In this document: positions 21,445-30,224 of the stretch, one piece after another
Layout of the letters: every line of letters starts with the position of its first letter
How positions within the stretch are numbered: the stretch's first letter is position 1
DNA from: Myxococcota bacterium
Lineage (GTDB): Bacteria; Myxococcota; JACRCW01
Direction of reading: 5' to 3'
Assembly (NCBI GenBank): GCA_040752415.1
Contig: JBFMGU010000051.1
Coordinates: 1-48,863 of the forward strand
DNA length: 48,863 bases
Notes under the pieces: model-generated
What the model was told of the DNA's origin: nothing
Databases searched by the model: none
The model's input: only the letters and a program-made list of their open reading frames with translations
Translations under genes and position numbers: made by a program

Positions 21445-22343
21445 TCCTCCGTCTGCTCATCCGCCTCGAACGAGGAGCCCTCGGGGAGCTTCCATTCCGG
21501 CTTGAGCTCCATGGGCTTGAACTTCACGGCGTTGGCCACGCGACCGCCGCCGGGGTTCTTGAACTCGAAGTCCATGGTGAGCTCCATGCTCTTGGCCTCG
21601 GCGGGGAACAGCGGGAAGTCGTAGTAGCCAATGACGATGCCCGGAGGGAAATCCTCCACCCACTTCTCCGGCTCCAGGATGAGCGTGTTGGGCTCACCGC
21701 CGCCGCTGACGGTGGCCTTGCGCTCCTGCTTGTTGTCCTTGAGCTCACCCTTGGCGCGCTTCTTGGCGGTGGCGTCGTCGTCGGCCAGCGGGATCTGCAT
21801 CTCGATGCCGCCAAAGCCCATGGACTTGTCCGGCGTGCCGCCAATGTACGCCACGTGGACGATGAGCTTGTCCTGGCCGTCCACGGCCTTCTTCTCCACG
21901 TTGTAGATGTCCACGCGGAGGCTCTTGTCGGCGGAGGTCATGACGGGCTTGTAGTTGTCCGTGAGGAACTTCTCCCAGAGGCCCTTCACCAGCGTCACGC
22001 GCTCACGCGCGCCGCGGATCTTGCCCTCGTCGACCTTCTTGTCCTGGTAGTCCTTCTCCCAGCGCTTGAGGATGGAGTCGGGGTCCCGGAACTCGGGGTA
22101 CTTCTTGTAGAGCTCGGCGAGGCTCTTCGCGTACTCCTTGACGGCGGTCTGCAGGTCAAATGCCGCCTTCTCGTCCTCGACGGACTGCAGGTGCGGGATC
22201 TTGGCGGCGAAGCGTTGCTTGAGGGCGTACCGCTCGTTCTCGAACTTCAGCCGCTTGATCTGGCTGTCCATGGAGCCGAAGAAGAAGATCAGCCCCGCCA
22301 GCACGGCGCCAACACCAACAAGGAAAGCCAGGACTCTGCCCAT
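21441..22343 (-). CDS. Hypothetical membrane-anchored protein
   Basis: 300 aa, N-terminal TM helix, charged helical then beta region; GAGG RBS; ATGA overlap with leuS; strong GC3 bias. Confidence 0.85.
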   Translation of the reverse strand: MGRVLAFLVGVGAVLAGLIFFFGSMDSQIKRLKFENERYALKQRFAAKIPHLQSVEDEKAAFDLQTAVKEYAKSLAELYKKYPEFRDPDSILKRWEKDYQDKKVDEGKIRGARERVTLVKGLWEKFLTDNYKPVMTSADKSLRVDIYNVEKKAVDGQDKLIVHVAYIGGTPDKSMGFGGIEMQIPLADDDATAKKRAKGELKDNKQERKATVSGGGEPNTLILEPEKWVEDFPPGIVIGYYDFPLFPAEAKSMELTMDFEFKNPGGGRVANAVKFKPMELKPEWKLPEGSSFEADEQTEE

Positions 22344-22484
22344 GGGATGAGCCTCGGTGAAAACCGGCGGTTCACGCGGGTGGTTGATGCGGCGCCCGAA
22401 TCACCGGGTGCCGGCGTGGCCGGGTTGGTGGGCGTCGTAGCATCGAGGGGGAGCCGTCCGCATCCTCCCATCACGCCCCAAGCC

Positions 22485-23360
22485 TCAGGCCACGGCGCGT
22501 TTGAGCTTCTCCAGCTCCGCCCGGGTGAGCTCCCGGTACTGCCCCGGCGGCAGACGACCGAGCTCCAGCCCGGCAAACGCAATGCGGTGAATCTTCAGCA
22601 CGGGGTGGCGGATGCGCCAGAACATGCGCTTGAGCTGACGGTTCTTCCCCTCGGTGAGCACCACCTCCAACCAGGTGTTCACGCGCGCCTTGGAGATGAC
22701 GTCGATCTGGCAGGGCTTGGTGGGACCATCCTCAAGACGGATGCCACGGCGCAGGATGTCCAGCTTGTCCTCCGCCGGCTCCCCCTTCACCTTCACGCGG
22801 TAGACCTTGGGAAGCGCCTTGCGCGGGCTCATCAGCGTGGCGGCCAGCTCGCCGTCGTTGGTGAGGAGGAGCGCGCCCTCGGCGTCGTAGTCCAGGCGAC
22901 CCACGGGGTAGATGCGGCTCTCCGACGCGCCCGCCACGAGGTCCATGACGGTCTTGCGGTCGCGGTCATCCTTGACGGTGGTGAGCACGCCGGCGGGTTT
23001 GTTGAGGAGGAAGTAGACCTTCACCTGGTGGCTGCGCGGGACCAGCGCCACGCGCTTGCCTGCGACGGTCACCCGGTCCTCCGCCGGATTCACCTTGGTC
23101 CCGAGCTCGGTGACCACCTCACCGTTGAGCTTGACCTGACCCTTGCGGATCATCTCGTCGACGGCACGACGCGACGCCACGCCCGAGCGCGCGAGCACCT
23201 TGTTGAGGCGTTCGGGCTCGTTGTCCTCGGCGGATGACGGCGGAAGCGACGGCGTCTTCTTCTTGCGCGGCGCATCCGGCAACGGCTTCTTGGTGGCCTG
23301 GTCGCGCGTTTCTCCGCTGCGAGTGGTGGCCTTTCCTCCCTCTGCTTTGGGCCTTTTCAT
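22485..23360 (-). CDS. rluB: rRNA pseudouridine synthase, RsuA/RluB family
   Basis: S4 domain RLNKVLARSGVASRR, LNKPAG, catalytic GRLD, EGKNRQLKRM; typical position after scpB. Confidence 0.9.
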   Translation of the reverse strand: MKRPKAEGGKATTRSGETRDQATKKPLPDAPRKKKTPSLPPSSAEDNEPERLNKVLARSGVASRRAVDEMIRKGQVKLNGEVVTELGTKVNPAEDRVTVAGKRVALVPRSHQVKVYFLLNKPAGVLTTVKDDRDRKTVMDLVAGASESRIYPVGRLDYDAEGALLLTNDGELAATLMSPRKALPKVYRVKVKGEPAEDKLDILRRGIRLEDGPTKPCQIDVISKARVNTWLEVVLTEGKNRQLKRMFWRIRHPVLKIHRIAFAGLELGRLPPGQYRELTRAELEKLKRAVA

Positions 23361-24973
23361 CAGTTCTCCTCGGATGCCGACGTCGCGTCGGTATCCTCTT
23401 CGTCACGGCTTGGCTCGGGCTCGGGCTCCGGCTCCGGTCCGACCTCACCTTCCGGCTCAGCGGCCGCGGGCTGCGGCGTACCGGTGATGTGTTCCAGTTT
23501 CATGCCCGGCGGCAGCTTGCCCCCGGCCTTGAGCAGCACCTCGGCGGTGCGGGTGGAGACGTTGGCGTCGCCGATGGCGCGGTCCAACTCCTCCATGGCC
23601 TGGGAGCCTTCCTGCTCCACCTCTTCGCTGACCAGGCGCGCGTCAGGCCGCGCCAGGTCCCGGATCCGCCCAATCTCCTGCTTGGGGGCCTGCGCGTCCA
23701 CCTTGGCCTGATTCTCGGCGGTGAGCTCGTGGTACTCGCGCAGCGTGGGCAGGTCCGAGAGCATCTTCAGGTTGAAGGCTTCCAGGAAGGTCTTGCTGGT
23801 GCCGTAGAGCAACGGCCGGCCAACCTCTTCCGCCTTGCCCAGGATCTTCACCAGGTTGCGATCCAACAGCGCCTTGAGCGCGCCGGAGCTGTCGACGCCA
23901 CGGAGCTCGTCGATCTGCGGCTTGGTGACGGGCTGGCGATACGCCACGATGGCCAACGTCTCCAACGCGGCACGCCCCATCTTGAACGGCTTCTCCTGGT
24001 TGGCGCGCTGGAGGTACCGCGCCGCGGCTGGCGCCGTGCGGAAGGCGTAACCGTTGGCCACTTCCTGCAGCGTGATGCCCGCGCCTTGCGCGTAGCGCGC
24101 CTGGACGCGGGACAGCACCGTCTCCAGGTTCTCGACGCTGGCCTGGACCTCCGCCTCCGCGGTGAGCGTGGCGATGATCTCCTTGATGGTGAGCGGATGA
24201 TCTGCGGCGAAGATCAATCCCTCCACTACTGGCGTGATGCGGTCCAGGAATTGGTCCAGCGTCTCGTCGGGCGGAGGCCCCACGGGCTTGTTGGTGTCCT
24301 CCTCGTCGTCATCGGCGTCGGGCTCGGCGGGAGGCGCGGCTTCCGCCCCGGGCTCCTGGGCTTCCGCGCCCGGCTGCTCCTCGACCACAGGCTCGGACGC
24401 CTGGGGCTCCTGGGCTTCGGCAGCCGGTTGCTCCTCGACGACAGACTCGGACGCGAGGGGCTCCGGCGCGGTCTCCGTCGTCGTGGCAGCGCCGTTTTCC
24501 GTCGGGGCGGGTGGGGTCTCCGCGGCGGCGCCCTTCTTCCCCTTCTTCTTCTTGCGCCCCTTGGTCTCCGTCTCCTCGACGGGCGCGGGCGCCACCTCCT
24601 CCACCGGCGGCACCACCTCCACGACGGGCACGGCGCTCTCCCGCGGCGGAAGCTCCGCCCCCACCGCCACCGCCGCCGCGAAGATCACCGCCGCGCCGGG
24701 GTCCTCGATCATCGAGGGTTCCGCCGGGATGGGCTCGGGGATGGGGTTGGAGGGCTCGGTGGCGTCGTCGTCGGGGGCGGGCTCGTCGGGGGCGGCGGGC
24801 CCCTCGTCGTCGGACGCGGGCGCGGGTTCCTGGACGACAACCTCCGGCGGCGGCAGCTCCGCACCGGCAGCCAGGGCGGCGGCAACCACCACGGACGCGG
24901 CAGCAGCGTGCGCCAGCTCGTCGGTCGACGAGTCGGCCTGCTCCAGGTCCTGGGTTGTCTCCTTCACTGCCAC
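23360..24973 (-). CDS. scpB: SMC-ScpAB complex subunit ScpB with ~240-aa acidic N-terminal extension
   Basis: EGLIFAA, ALETLAIVAYRQPVTK, LRGVDS, GRPLLYGT, DLPTL; GTG start after AGGAG. Confidence 0.92.
   Translation of the reverse strand: MAVKETTQDLEQADSSTDELAHAAAASVVVAAALAAGAELPPPEVVVQEPAPASDDEGPAAPDEPAPDDDATEPSNPIPEPIPAEPSMIEDPGAAVIFAAAVAVGAELPPRESAVPVVEVVPPVEEVAPAPVEETETKGRKKKKGKKGAAAETPPAPTENGAATTTETAPEPLASESVVEEQPAAEAQEPQASEPVVEEQPGAEAQEPGAEAAPPAEPDADDDEEDTNKPVGPPPDETLDQFLDRITPVVEGLIFAADHPLTIKEIIATLTAEAEVQASVENLETVLSRVQARYAQGAGITLQEVANGYAFRTAPAAARYLQRANQEKPFKMGRAALETLAIVAYRQPVTKPQIDELRGVDSSGALKALLDRNLVKILGKAEEVGRPLLYGTSKTFLEAFNLKMLSDLPTLREYHELTAENQAKVDAQAPKQEIGRIRDLARPDARLVSEEVEQEGSQAMEELDRAIGDANVSTRTAEVLLKAGGKLPPGMKLEHITGTPQPAAAEPEGEVGPEPEPEPEPSRDEEDTDATSASEEN
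24351..24454 (-). repeat. 54-bp tandem duplication in the scpB extension (ASE[S/P]VVEEQP[A/G]AEAQEP x2)
   Basis: Units at 24351-24400 and 24405-24454. Confidence 0.8.
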
Positions 24974-24983
24974 GGTGCGTCTC

Positions 24984-25892
24984 CTACCCTGCGTAGTCCC
25001 GGCCCGTCAGGTCCGCGTCGCCCATCACTTCGAGGTTTTCCTTGATCGTGGTGACGTAGATGCTTCCACCATCGGCGGGCTGGCTGACCCGCACCAGCTT
25101 CAGTCGCGCCATCTCCAGGATGGCCAGCAGCGTGACGATGATGCGCATCCGGTCCGGCGTCCCGACGAGCTCATGCATCACGGCGGTCTCGAAGGTGAAG
25201 TGATCGCGCATCCGGGCCAGTTCCACAACCTCATTGATGCGGGCACCCACGCTGACGCGCTCGAGGATGACCTCGTGGCTGTGCGGGACCTTGGTCTGGC
25301 GCAGCAGCTCCTCGAGCGTGGCAATGAGGTCCATGGGCGTGAGCTCCACCCGCGTCCCTTCCACCGCTTCCTGCACCGCCCCGGCCCGGCCACGCGGCCA
25401 CGTGTCACGGAACAGGAGCCCGCGCGCCATGAGGTCCTGCGCTGCCTGCTTGTACTTCTGGTACTCGAGCAGTCTCCGCACCAGCTCGGCGCGCGGGTCA
25501 CCCTGCTCCTCGTCCTCGACGTCAGTGGCCTCTTCCGGCGGCAGCAGCGTCTTGCTCTTGATGTGCGCCAGCGTGGCGGCCATGACCAGGAACTCGGCCG
25601 CAATGTCCAGGTCCGCCGCCTTCATGGCGTCCAGAACCTGCAGGAATTTCTGGGTGATGAACGAGATGGGGATGTTGAAGATGTCCAGCGCGTGCTTCTT
25701 GATGAGGTGGAGCAGCAGGTCCAGGGGTCCTTCAAAGGACTGCAGCTCCACGCGCAGGTACGCGTGCTCGGACTCCTGGCGTGGCGTGTAGTCCTTGGCC
25801 GCCTCGAGATCGAAATCCCCTTTGACGCCTTCCGGCAGCGTCACGGGCACAGGCTCCGGCGCAGGCGCGGTGGACTGTTGCTTGCGGCTCAT
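24984..25892 (-). CDS. scpA: Segregation and condensation protein A (kleisin)
   Basis: FEGPLDLLLHLI, AEFLVMAATL, KSKTLLP, DPRAELVRRLLEY, LAILEM; start chosen at MSRKQQ. Confidence 0.93.
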   Translation of the reverse strand: MSRKQQSTAPAPEPVPVTLPEGVKGDFDLEAAKDYTPRQESEHAYLRVELQSFEGPLDLLLHLIKKHALDIFNIPISFITQKFLQVLDAMKAADLDIAAEFLVMAATLAHIKSKTLLPPEEATDVEDEEQGDPRAELVRRLLEYQKYKQAAQDLMARGLLFRDTWPRGRAGAVQEAVEGTRVELTPMDLIATLEELLRQTKVPHSHEVILERVSVGARINEVVELARMRDHFTFETAVMHELVGTPDRMRIIVTLLAILEMARLKLVRVSQPADGGSIYVTTIKENLEVMGDADLTGRDYAG

Positions 25893-26072
25893 GGCTCTGG
25901 GGGCATCCGAGGACGGTCGGGAATAGCCCAGGGAGCGCCCCAGATCCACGATCTGGCCGGATCCTTGCCGGTGATCCCCATGCGCCAGCTCCACCCAGGA
26001 CGGGAGCCGCGCCGATCCACCCGGAAATGCTCGAGATCCCGCCTCAGATCACGCGAACGGATCCGGCCCCGC

Positions 26073-28085
26073 TCAAGGCAGCTGGCCTTCCTTCAGCAGG
26101 AACGCGGTCAGGGCGTCGTTGGCCATGAAGCCCAGATCCTTGCCGCCGCGCTGGCGGACGGTGGCGCCCTTCTCGGTGACTTCCTTGTCCCCCACCACCA
26201 GCGCGTAGGGGATCTGCATGAGCTGCGCCTCACGGATCTTGAATCCCAGCTTCTCGTTCCGCTCGTCGACCTCCACGCGCAGACCCGCCTGCTGCAACGC
26301 CAGCTTCATCTCCTTGGCGTAGTCCATGGCGCGCTCGGTGATGGGAAGGATCCGCGCCTGCACGGGGGCCAGCCACGTCGGGAACTTCCCGGCGATGTGC
26401 TCCAGGTAGACGCCGAAGAAGCGCTCCAGGGACCCCAGGATGGCGCGGTGAAGCATGACGGGGCGCTGCTTGCTGCCGTCGGGTGCCACGTAGTTGAGGT
26501 CAAAGCGCTCAGGGAAGTTGTAGTCCACCTGGATGGTGCCCAGCTGCCAGGAGCGGTCCAGCGCGTCCTTCACGTGGAATTCCAGCTTGGGGCCGTAGAA
26601 GGCACCGTCGCCGGGCGCGAAGACGAACTTGCGACCAATGGCGATGAGCGCCTGCTCCAGCGCCTTCTCCGCGTGATCCCACATGGCGTCGGTGCCCACG
26701 CGCTTCTCCGGGCGGGTGGCCAGGCGGATGGTGACGTCGTTGAACTCGCAGGCCTTGTAGATCTCGTCGAGGAAGCGGACGAACTGCTCGATCTCCTGCT
26801 GCACCTGCTCGGGCGTGCAGAAGATATGCGCGTCGTCCTGGCAGAAGGAGCGCACGCGCGCCAGGCCGTGGGTCACCCCGCCCTTCTCGAAGCGGTGCAG
26901 TCGACCAAAGTCCGCCACGCGCCAGGGAAGATCACGGTGGCTGTGCAGCTCCATGCCGTAGAGCAGGCAATGGCCCGGGCAGTTCATGGCCTTCACGCCG
27001 AACTCGCGCGCCACGTGGTCTTCTTCTTCCTTGGTCACGTCGGAGCCGACGGCCTTGGGGGCCATGGCTTCCTTGAGCGCGTCCAGCTTTCCGCCGCCAA
27101 ACGCGAAGAACATGTTCTCCCAGTAGTTCTCGTAGTGGCCGGAGGTCTTGAACAGCGCCACGTCGAAGATCTGCGGCGTGATCACTTCCTGGTAGCCGTA
27201 CTTCACGTAGAGCTTGCGCACGTACTCGAGGAGGCGGTTGTAGACGGCCGTGCCCTTGGGGAGGAAGAACGGGCTGGCCGGCGCCCAGGGGTGGAAGGAG
27301 AAGAGCTCCAGCTCCTTGCCCAGCTTGCGGTGGTCGCGCTTCTTGGCCTCCTCGATGCGCGCGAGGTGCTTGGTGAGCTCATCCTTCGACGGGAAGGCAA
27401 TCCCGTGGATGCGCTGCAGCATCTCGTTGTTGGAATCACCACGCCAGTACGCGCCGGCGGCGCCCATCAGCTTGAACGCCTTGATCTTCCCCGAGGAGGG
27501 CACGTGCGGCCCACGACACAGATCGGTGAAGTCATGGTTCTGGTAGACGCTGACGGTGTCGCCGGGAATCCAGTCCAGGATCTGGTCCTTGTAACGCTGG
27601 CCCAGCTTCTTGAAGAGCTCACGCGCCTCGTTCTTGCTGATCTCGTTGCGCTTGAAGGGCGCGTCCTCGTCGATGAGGCGCTGCATCTCCTTCTCGACCT
27701 TCTCGATGTCCTCCGGCGTGAACGGCCGGCCGATGTCGAAGTCGTAATAGAACTCCTTGTCGTGCTCGCGCGGGCCCATGGTCACCTGCGCGCCCGGGAA
27801 CAGCCGACACACCGCCGTGGCCAGGATGTGCTCCGCGCTGTGGCGCATGGTGTCCTGCGCGTCGGGGTCATCCATCTTGAGGAGCCAGACCTGGGCGCCG
27901 TCCGGGAGGCGCGACTGCAGGTCCACCACGCGGGTCTCGTCGCCGGTCTTGATGCGGGCGGCCACCACGGCCTTGGCCAGGCCGGCGCTGATGGCCTGCG
28001 CCAGGTCCATGGCGGTGCTGCCAGTGGGGAGTGAGCGCTGGGAACCGTCGGGGAGCGTGATGTTGATGGAAGCGGACATGGTCAT
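26073..28085 (-). CDS. thrS: Threonine--tRNA ligase
   Basis: TGS domain, [43 protein letters not shown]. Confidence 0.98.
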   Translation of the reverse strand: MTMSASINITLPDGSQRSLPTGSTAMDLAQAISAGLAKAVVAARIKTGDETRVVDLQSRLPDGAQVWLLKMDDPDAQDTMRHSAEHILATAVCRLFPGAQVTMGPREHDKEFYYDFDIGRPFTPEDIEKVEKEMQRLIDEDAPFKRNEISKNEARELFKKLGQRYKDQILDWIPGDTVSVYQNHDFTDLCRGPHVPSSGKIKAFKLMGAAGAYWRGDSNNEMLQRIHGIAFPSKDELTKHLARIEEAKKRDHRKLGKELELFSFHPWAPASPFFLPKGTAVYNRLLEYVRKLYVKYGYQEVITPQIFDVALFKTSGHYENYWENMFFAFGGGKLDALKEAMAPKAVGSDVTKEEEDHVAREFGVKAMNCPGHCLLYGMELHSHRDLPWRVADFGRLHRFEKGGVTHGLARVRSFCQDDAHIFCTPEQVQQEIEQFVRFLDEIYKACEFNDVTIRLATRPEKRVGTDAMWDHAEKALEQALIAIGRKFVFAPGDGAFYGPKLEFHVKDALDRSWQLGTIQVDYNFPERFDLNYVAPDGSKQRPVMLHRAILGSLERFFGVYLEHIAGKFPTWLAPVQARILPITERAMDYAKEMKLALQQAGLRVEVDERNEKLGFKIREAQLMQIPYALVVGDKEVTEKGATVRQRGGKDLGFMANDALTAFLLKEGQLP

Positions 28086-28099
28086 GACCCAGAAATGCG

Positions 28100-28135
28100 G
28101 ACCGGGTGCCCCCGCTGTTGCAGAAGCACCCGGTC
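28100..28135 (-). promoter_or_regulatory. Stable hairpin between tRNA-Val and thrS
   Basis: GACCGGGTGC ... GCACCCGGTC perfect 10 bp, extendable to 16 bp with G-U pairs around an AACA loop on the minus strand. Confidence 0.55.
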
Positions 28136-28149
28136 ACGTTTCTTCTCGT

Positions 28150-28221
28150 TAGGCGCGGGCGGTTTCGAACCGCCGACCCCCACCGTGTCAAGGTGGTGCT
28201 CTACCCCTGAGCTACGCGCCT
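28150..28221 (-). tRNA. tRNA-Val(GAC), CCA not encoded
   Basis: AGGCGCGTAGCTCAGGGGTAGAGCACCACCTT-GAC-ACGGTGGGGGTCGGCGGTTCGAAACCGCCCGCGCCTA, followed by ACG. Confidence 0.96.
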
Positions 28222-28237
28222 CCAACCGGGGAGCGGG

Positions 28238-28265
28238 AGTATGCGGTTACGACGCCGCGTGTCAA
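28238..28265 (-). promoter_or_regulatory. Sigma70-type promoter for tRNA-Val-thrS
   Basis: TTGACA-N16-CATACT, 16 nt upstream of the tRNA. Confidence 0.65.
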
Positions 28266-28266
28266 C

Positions 28267-28602
28267 CTACTTCTTGCCCTTGGGCATCTGTTCCACCCCC
28301 TTCATGGCCTGCAGGAAGACGTCCTCCTCGGCGGGGGGCGGGGGTTTGGGGCCCTTGGGCGGCGCATCCTCGAACTTCCGCACACGATCCCGGGGGCTCA
28401 TGCCGGAGACGGCCTTGAGGAACCGCTCGTCGTCATCCAGGTTGCCTTCGGCCTGGGCGCGTTTCTGGGCGGCCATCTCCTCGGCGCGAGCCTTGGCCTG
28501 ACGCTCCGCCTGCTCCGCCGCGGCCTTGTCCTGCGCCATCTTCTGGGCCACCGCCTTGAGCTGGTCGGCCATGACGGTGTTGTCTGGTTTCTTCTTGCCC
28601 AT
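28267..28602 (-). CDS. Small charged protein with two Smr-family N-terminal-like motifs
   Basis: 111 aa; GAGAGG RBS; DDDERFLKAVSGMSP and EEDVFLQAMKGVEQM; coiled-coil N-terminus. Confidence 0.8.
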   Translation of the reverse strand: MGKKKPDNTVMADQLKAVAQKMAQDKAAAEQAERQAKARAEEMAAQKRAQAEGNLDDDERFLKAVSGMSPRDRVRKFEDAPPKGPKPPPPAEEDVFLQAMKGVEQMPKGKK

Positions 28603-28617
28603 GTTGCACCCGTCCTC

Positions 28618-29112
28618 TCAGACCACCTCACCCTGCAGCTGCACCGGCTCGAAGTTCACGCTGATCACCCGGTCGGGCTCGCGCGCGTCCAGCACGGCGG
28701 TGTGATCACCCGCGCCGCAGATGCGCGCCACCAGCTGACCACCGGGCGCATGAACCAACAACCCGTCCTCCACGCGCCCCGCCAGGGACTCCCATCCCGC
28801 CAGACCGCAGAACCGCTGCGCGAGCACGTCGCTGTCGGCCACGCCGGTGAGATCCAGGGCCACCTCGTCACGCCAGGCGGCGCGCGGGGGAGGATCCGGA
28901 GCGGGCGACCACATCTCCCCGCGGTCCGAAGGCAGACACGCCAGGCCGCGGATGCCGTCCCCAACGCGGAAGGCGAAGAACCAGAGTCCCGCGGGTGATC
29001 CGCCGCTACCGGGCTGGACCTCTCCACTGGGCATCAAACCGTGCGCGGACACGCTGAGCAGCTCGGCGTCGGACCAGAGGGCGCGCGCCTGCTCCAGGGC
29101 AAGCGGCACCAC
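28618..29112 (-). CDS. Hypothetical protein (start uncertain)
   Basis: Open frame filling the gap between lipoprotein and next gene; GTG 5 nt after upstream stop; weaker codon bias. Confidence 0.5.
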   Translation of the reverse strand: MVPLALEQARALWSDAELLSVSAHGLMPSGEVQPGSGGSPAGLWFFAFRVGDGIRGLACLPSDRGEMWSPAPDPPPRAAWRDEVALDLTGVADSDVLAQRFCGLAGWESLAGRVEDGLLVHAPGGQLVARICGAGDHTAVLDAREPDRVISVNFEPVQLQGEVV

Positions 29113-29117
29113 GTAGC

Positions 29118-30212
29118 TCAGGGTGCGGAGTCGTTGGGGCTGACGTCGACGGCGGAGAACGGACACAGGGATTCGCTTCCAAGATCCTTGTCAGGCTCCC
29201 AATCATAATGCCGCGCGACGATTCGCAAATCAGATTGTGCGCACTCCCACCCGCGGTACTCCCGGTCCAGGTCCCCACCGCTGCCTACGGCGTCAACGCG
29301 GGAGGCTCCCTCGGCGGTCCAGCGCGCGCCCAGGTCCAACGTCTCCCTGTCGCTTCCGTTGCAGCCGAAGAATTCACCGCAACGGAGCTGCTTGAGGAGG
29401 CGGAGGTGGATCTCGCCGTCACCGGCGTCGGTGCGACGGTAGGAGTACGTGGCGCGCGCGGGGAGGCCGGTGTCCTCGTCGTTGAAGTCCTCGACGGTGA
29501 TGGCGATGACGGTGGCGCCGCCGGTGGTGTCGTAGTCAAAGATGAACTTGCCCTGGGCCTTGGGGTCATCCGCGGTCCCGGTCCGACGCTGCGTGTTCAG
29601 GTTCAGCACCATGTGCCCCACACCCTTGCGCGCCTGCGGCTCCGCCCCCTCCTCCGGCACGAAGTCCCCGGTGAAGATCTCGATGAACCCGCTGGCGTCC
29701 CTACCGCAGCGCACGTCGCGGTCCGCGAACGGGCCGGTCCGGTTCCCGCCCGCCACGTGGAGGCAGTAGCTGAACCCTCCCGTGGCCTCCTCCCGACGCA
29801 TCTCGAACCGGGCCGTGAAGTTCTTGTCCTGCACGAAGTGCGGTCCCCACACGCGCAATCCCTGCTCGCGCTTGGTGGGGTCGTTGGAGGTGATGTTGTC
29901 CACCACGCCCAGCAGCCCGAACGTGAACGCGTTGAAGAAGCCGGCAATCTGGCGGATGCCGCACGTGATGTTGTCGGCCTCGTCGCCCTCACACGGGTTG
30001 CCCAGGCCTTGCGCGGTGCTGTTGGCGGCCTGCTCCTCGAAGACCTCGGCGCCAGGAACGCGGAGCCGCAGGGTGTTGCGGTCCGGGGCGGCCAGCTTGA
30101 AGAGGATGTCGTCGTTGGACCAGTTGCCGCACCCGCCCAGCAGGACGGCGCCCAACAGCACGGGAACTGTGATGGCCCTCATGCCCAAATAGACCCGGTG
30201 GAGGTTGGCCAT
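29118..30212 (-). CDS. Cys-containing beta-rich lipoprotein
   Basis: Lipobox LLGGC; GAGGAG RBS; several Cys residues; 12 nt downstream of the caspase gene. Confidence 0.85.
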   Translation of the reverse strand: MANLHRVYLGMRAITVPVLLGAVLLGGCGNWSNDDILFKLAAPDRNTLRLRVPGAEVFEEQAANSTAQGLGNPCEGDEADNITCGIRQIAGFFNAFTFGLLGVVDNITSNDPTKREQGLRVWGPHFVQDKNFTARFEMRREEATGGFSYCLHVAGGNRTGPFADRDVRCGRDASGFIEIFTGDFVPEEGAEPQARKGVGHMVLNLNTQRRTGTADDPKAQGKFIFDYDTTGGATVIAITVEDFNDEDTGLPARATYSYRRTDAGDGEIHLRLLKQLRCGEFFGCNGSDRETLDLGARWTAEGASRVDAVGSGGDLDREYRGWECAQSDLRIVARHYDWEPDKDLGSESLCPFSAVDVSPNDSAP

Positions 30213-30224
30213 GGAAACTTCTCC

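Noticed and set aside
24234..28034. 1266-aa + strand ORF
   Set aside because: Antisense shadow of scpB/scpA/thrS caused by high-GC codon bias; no motifs.
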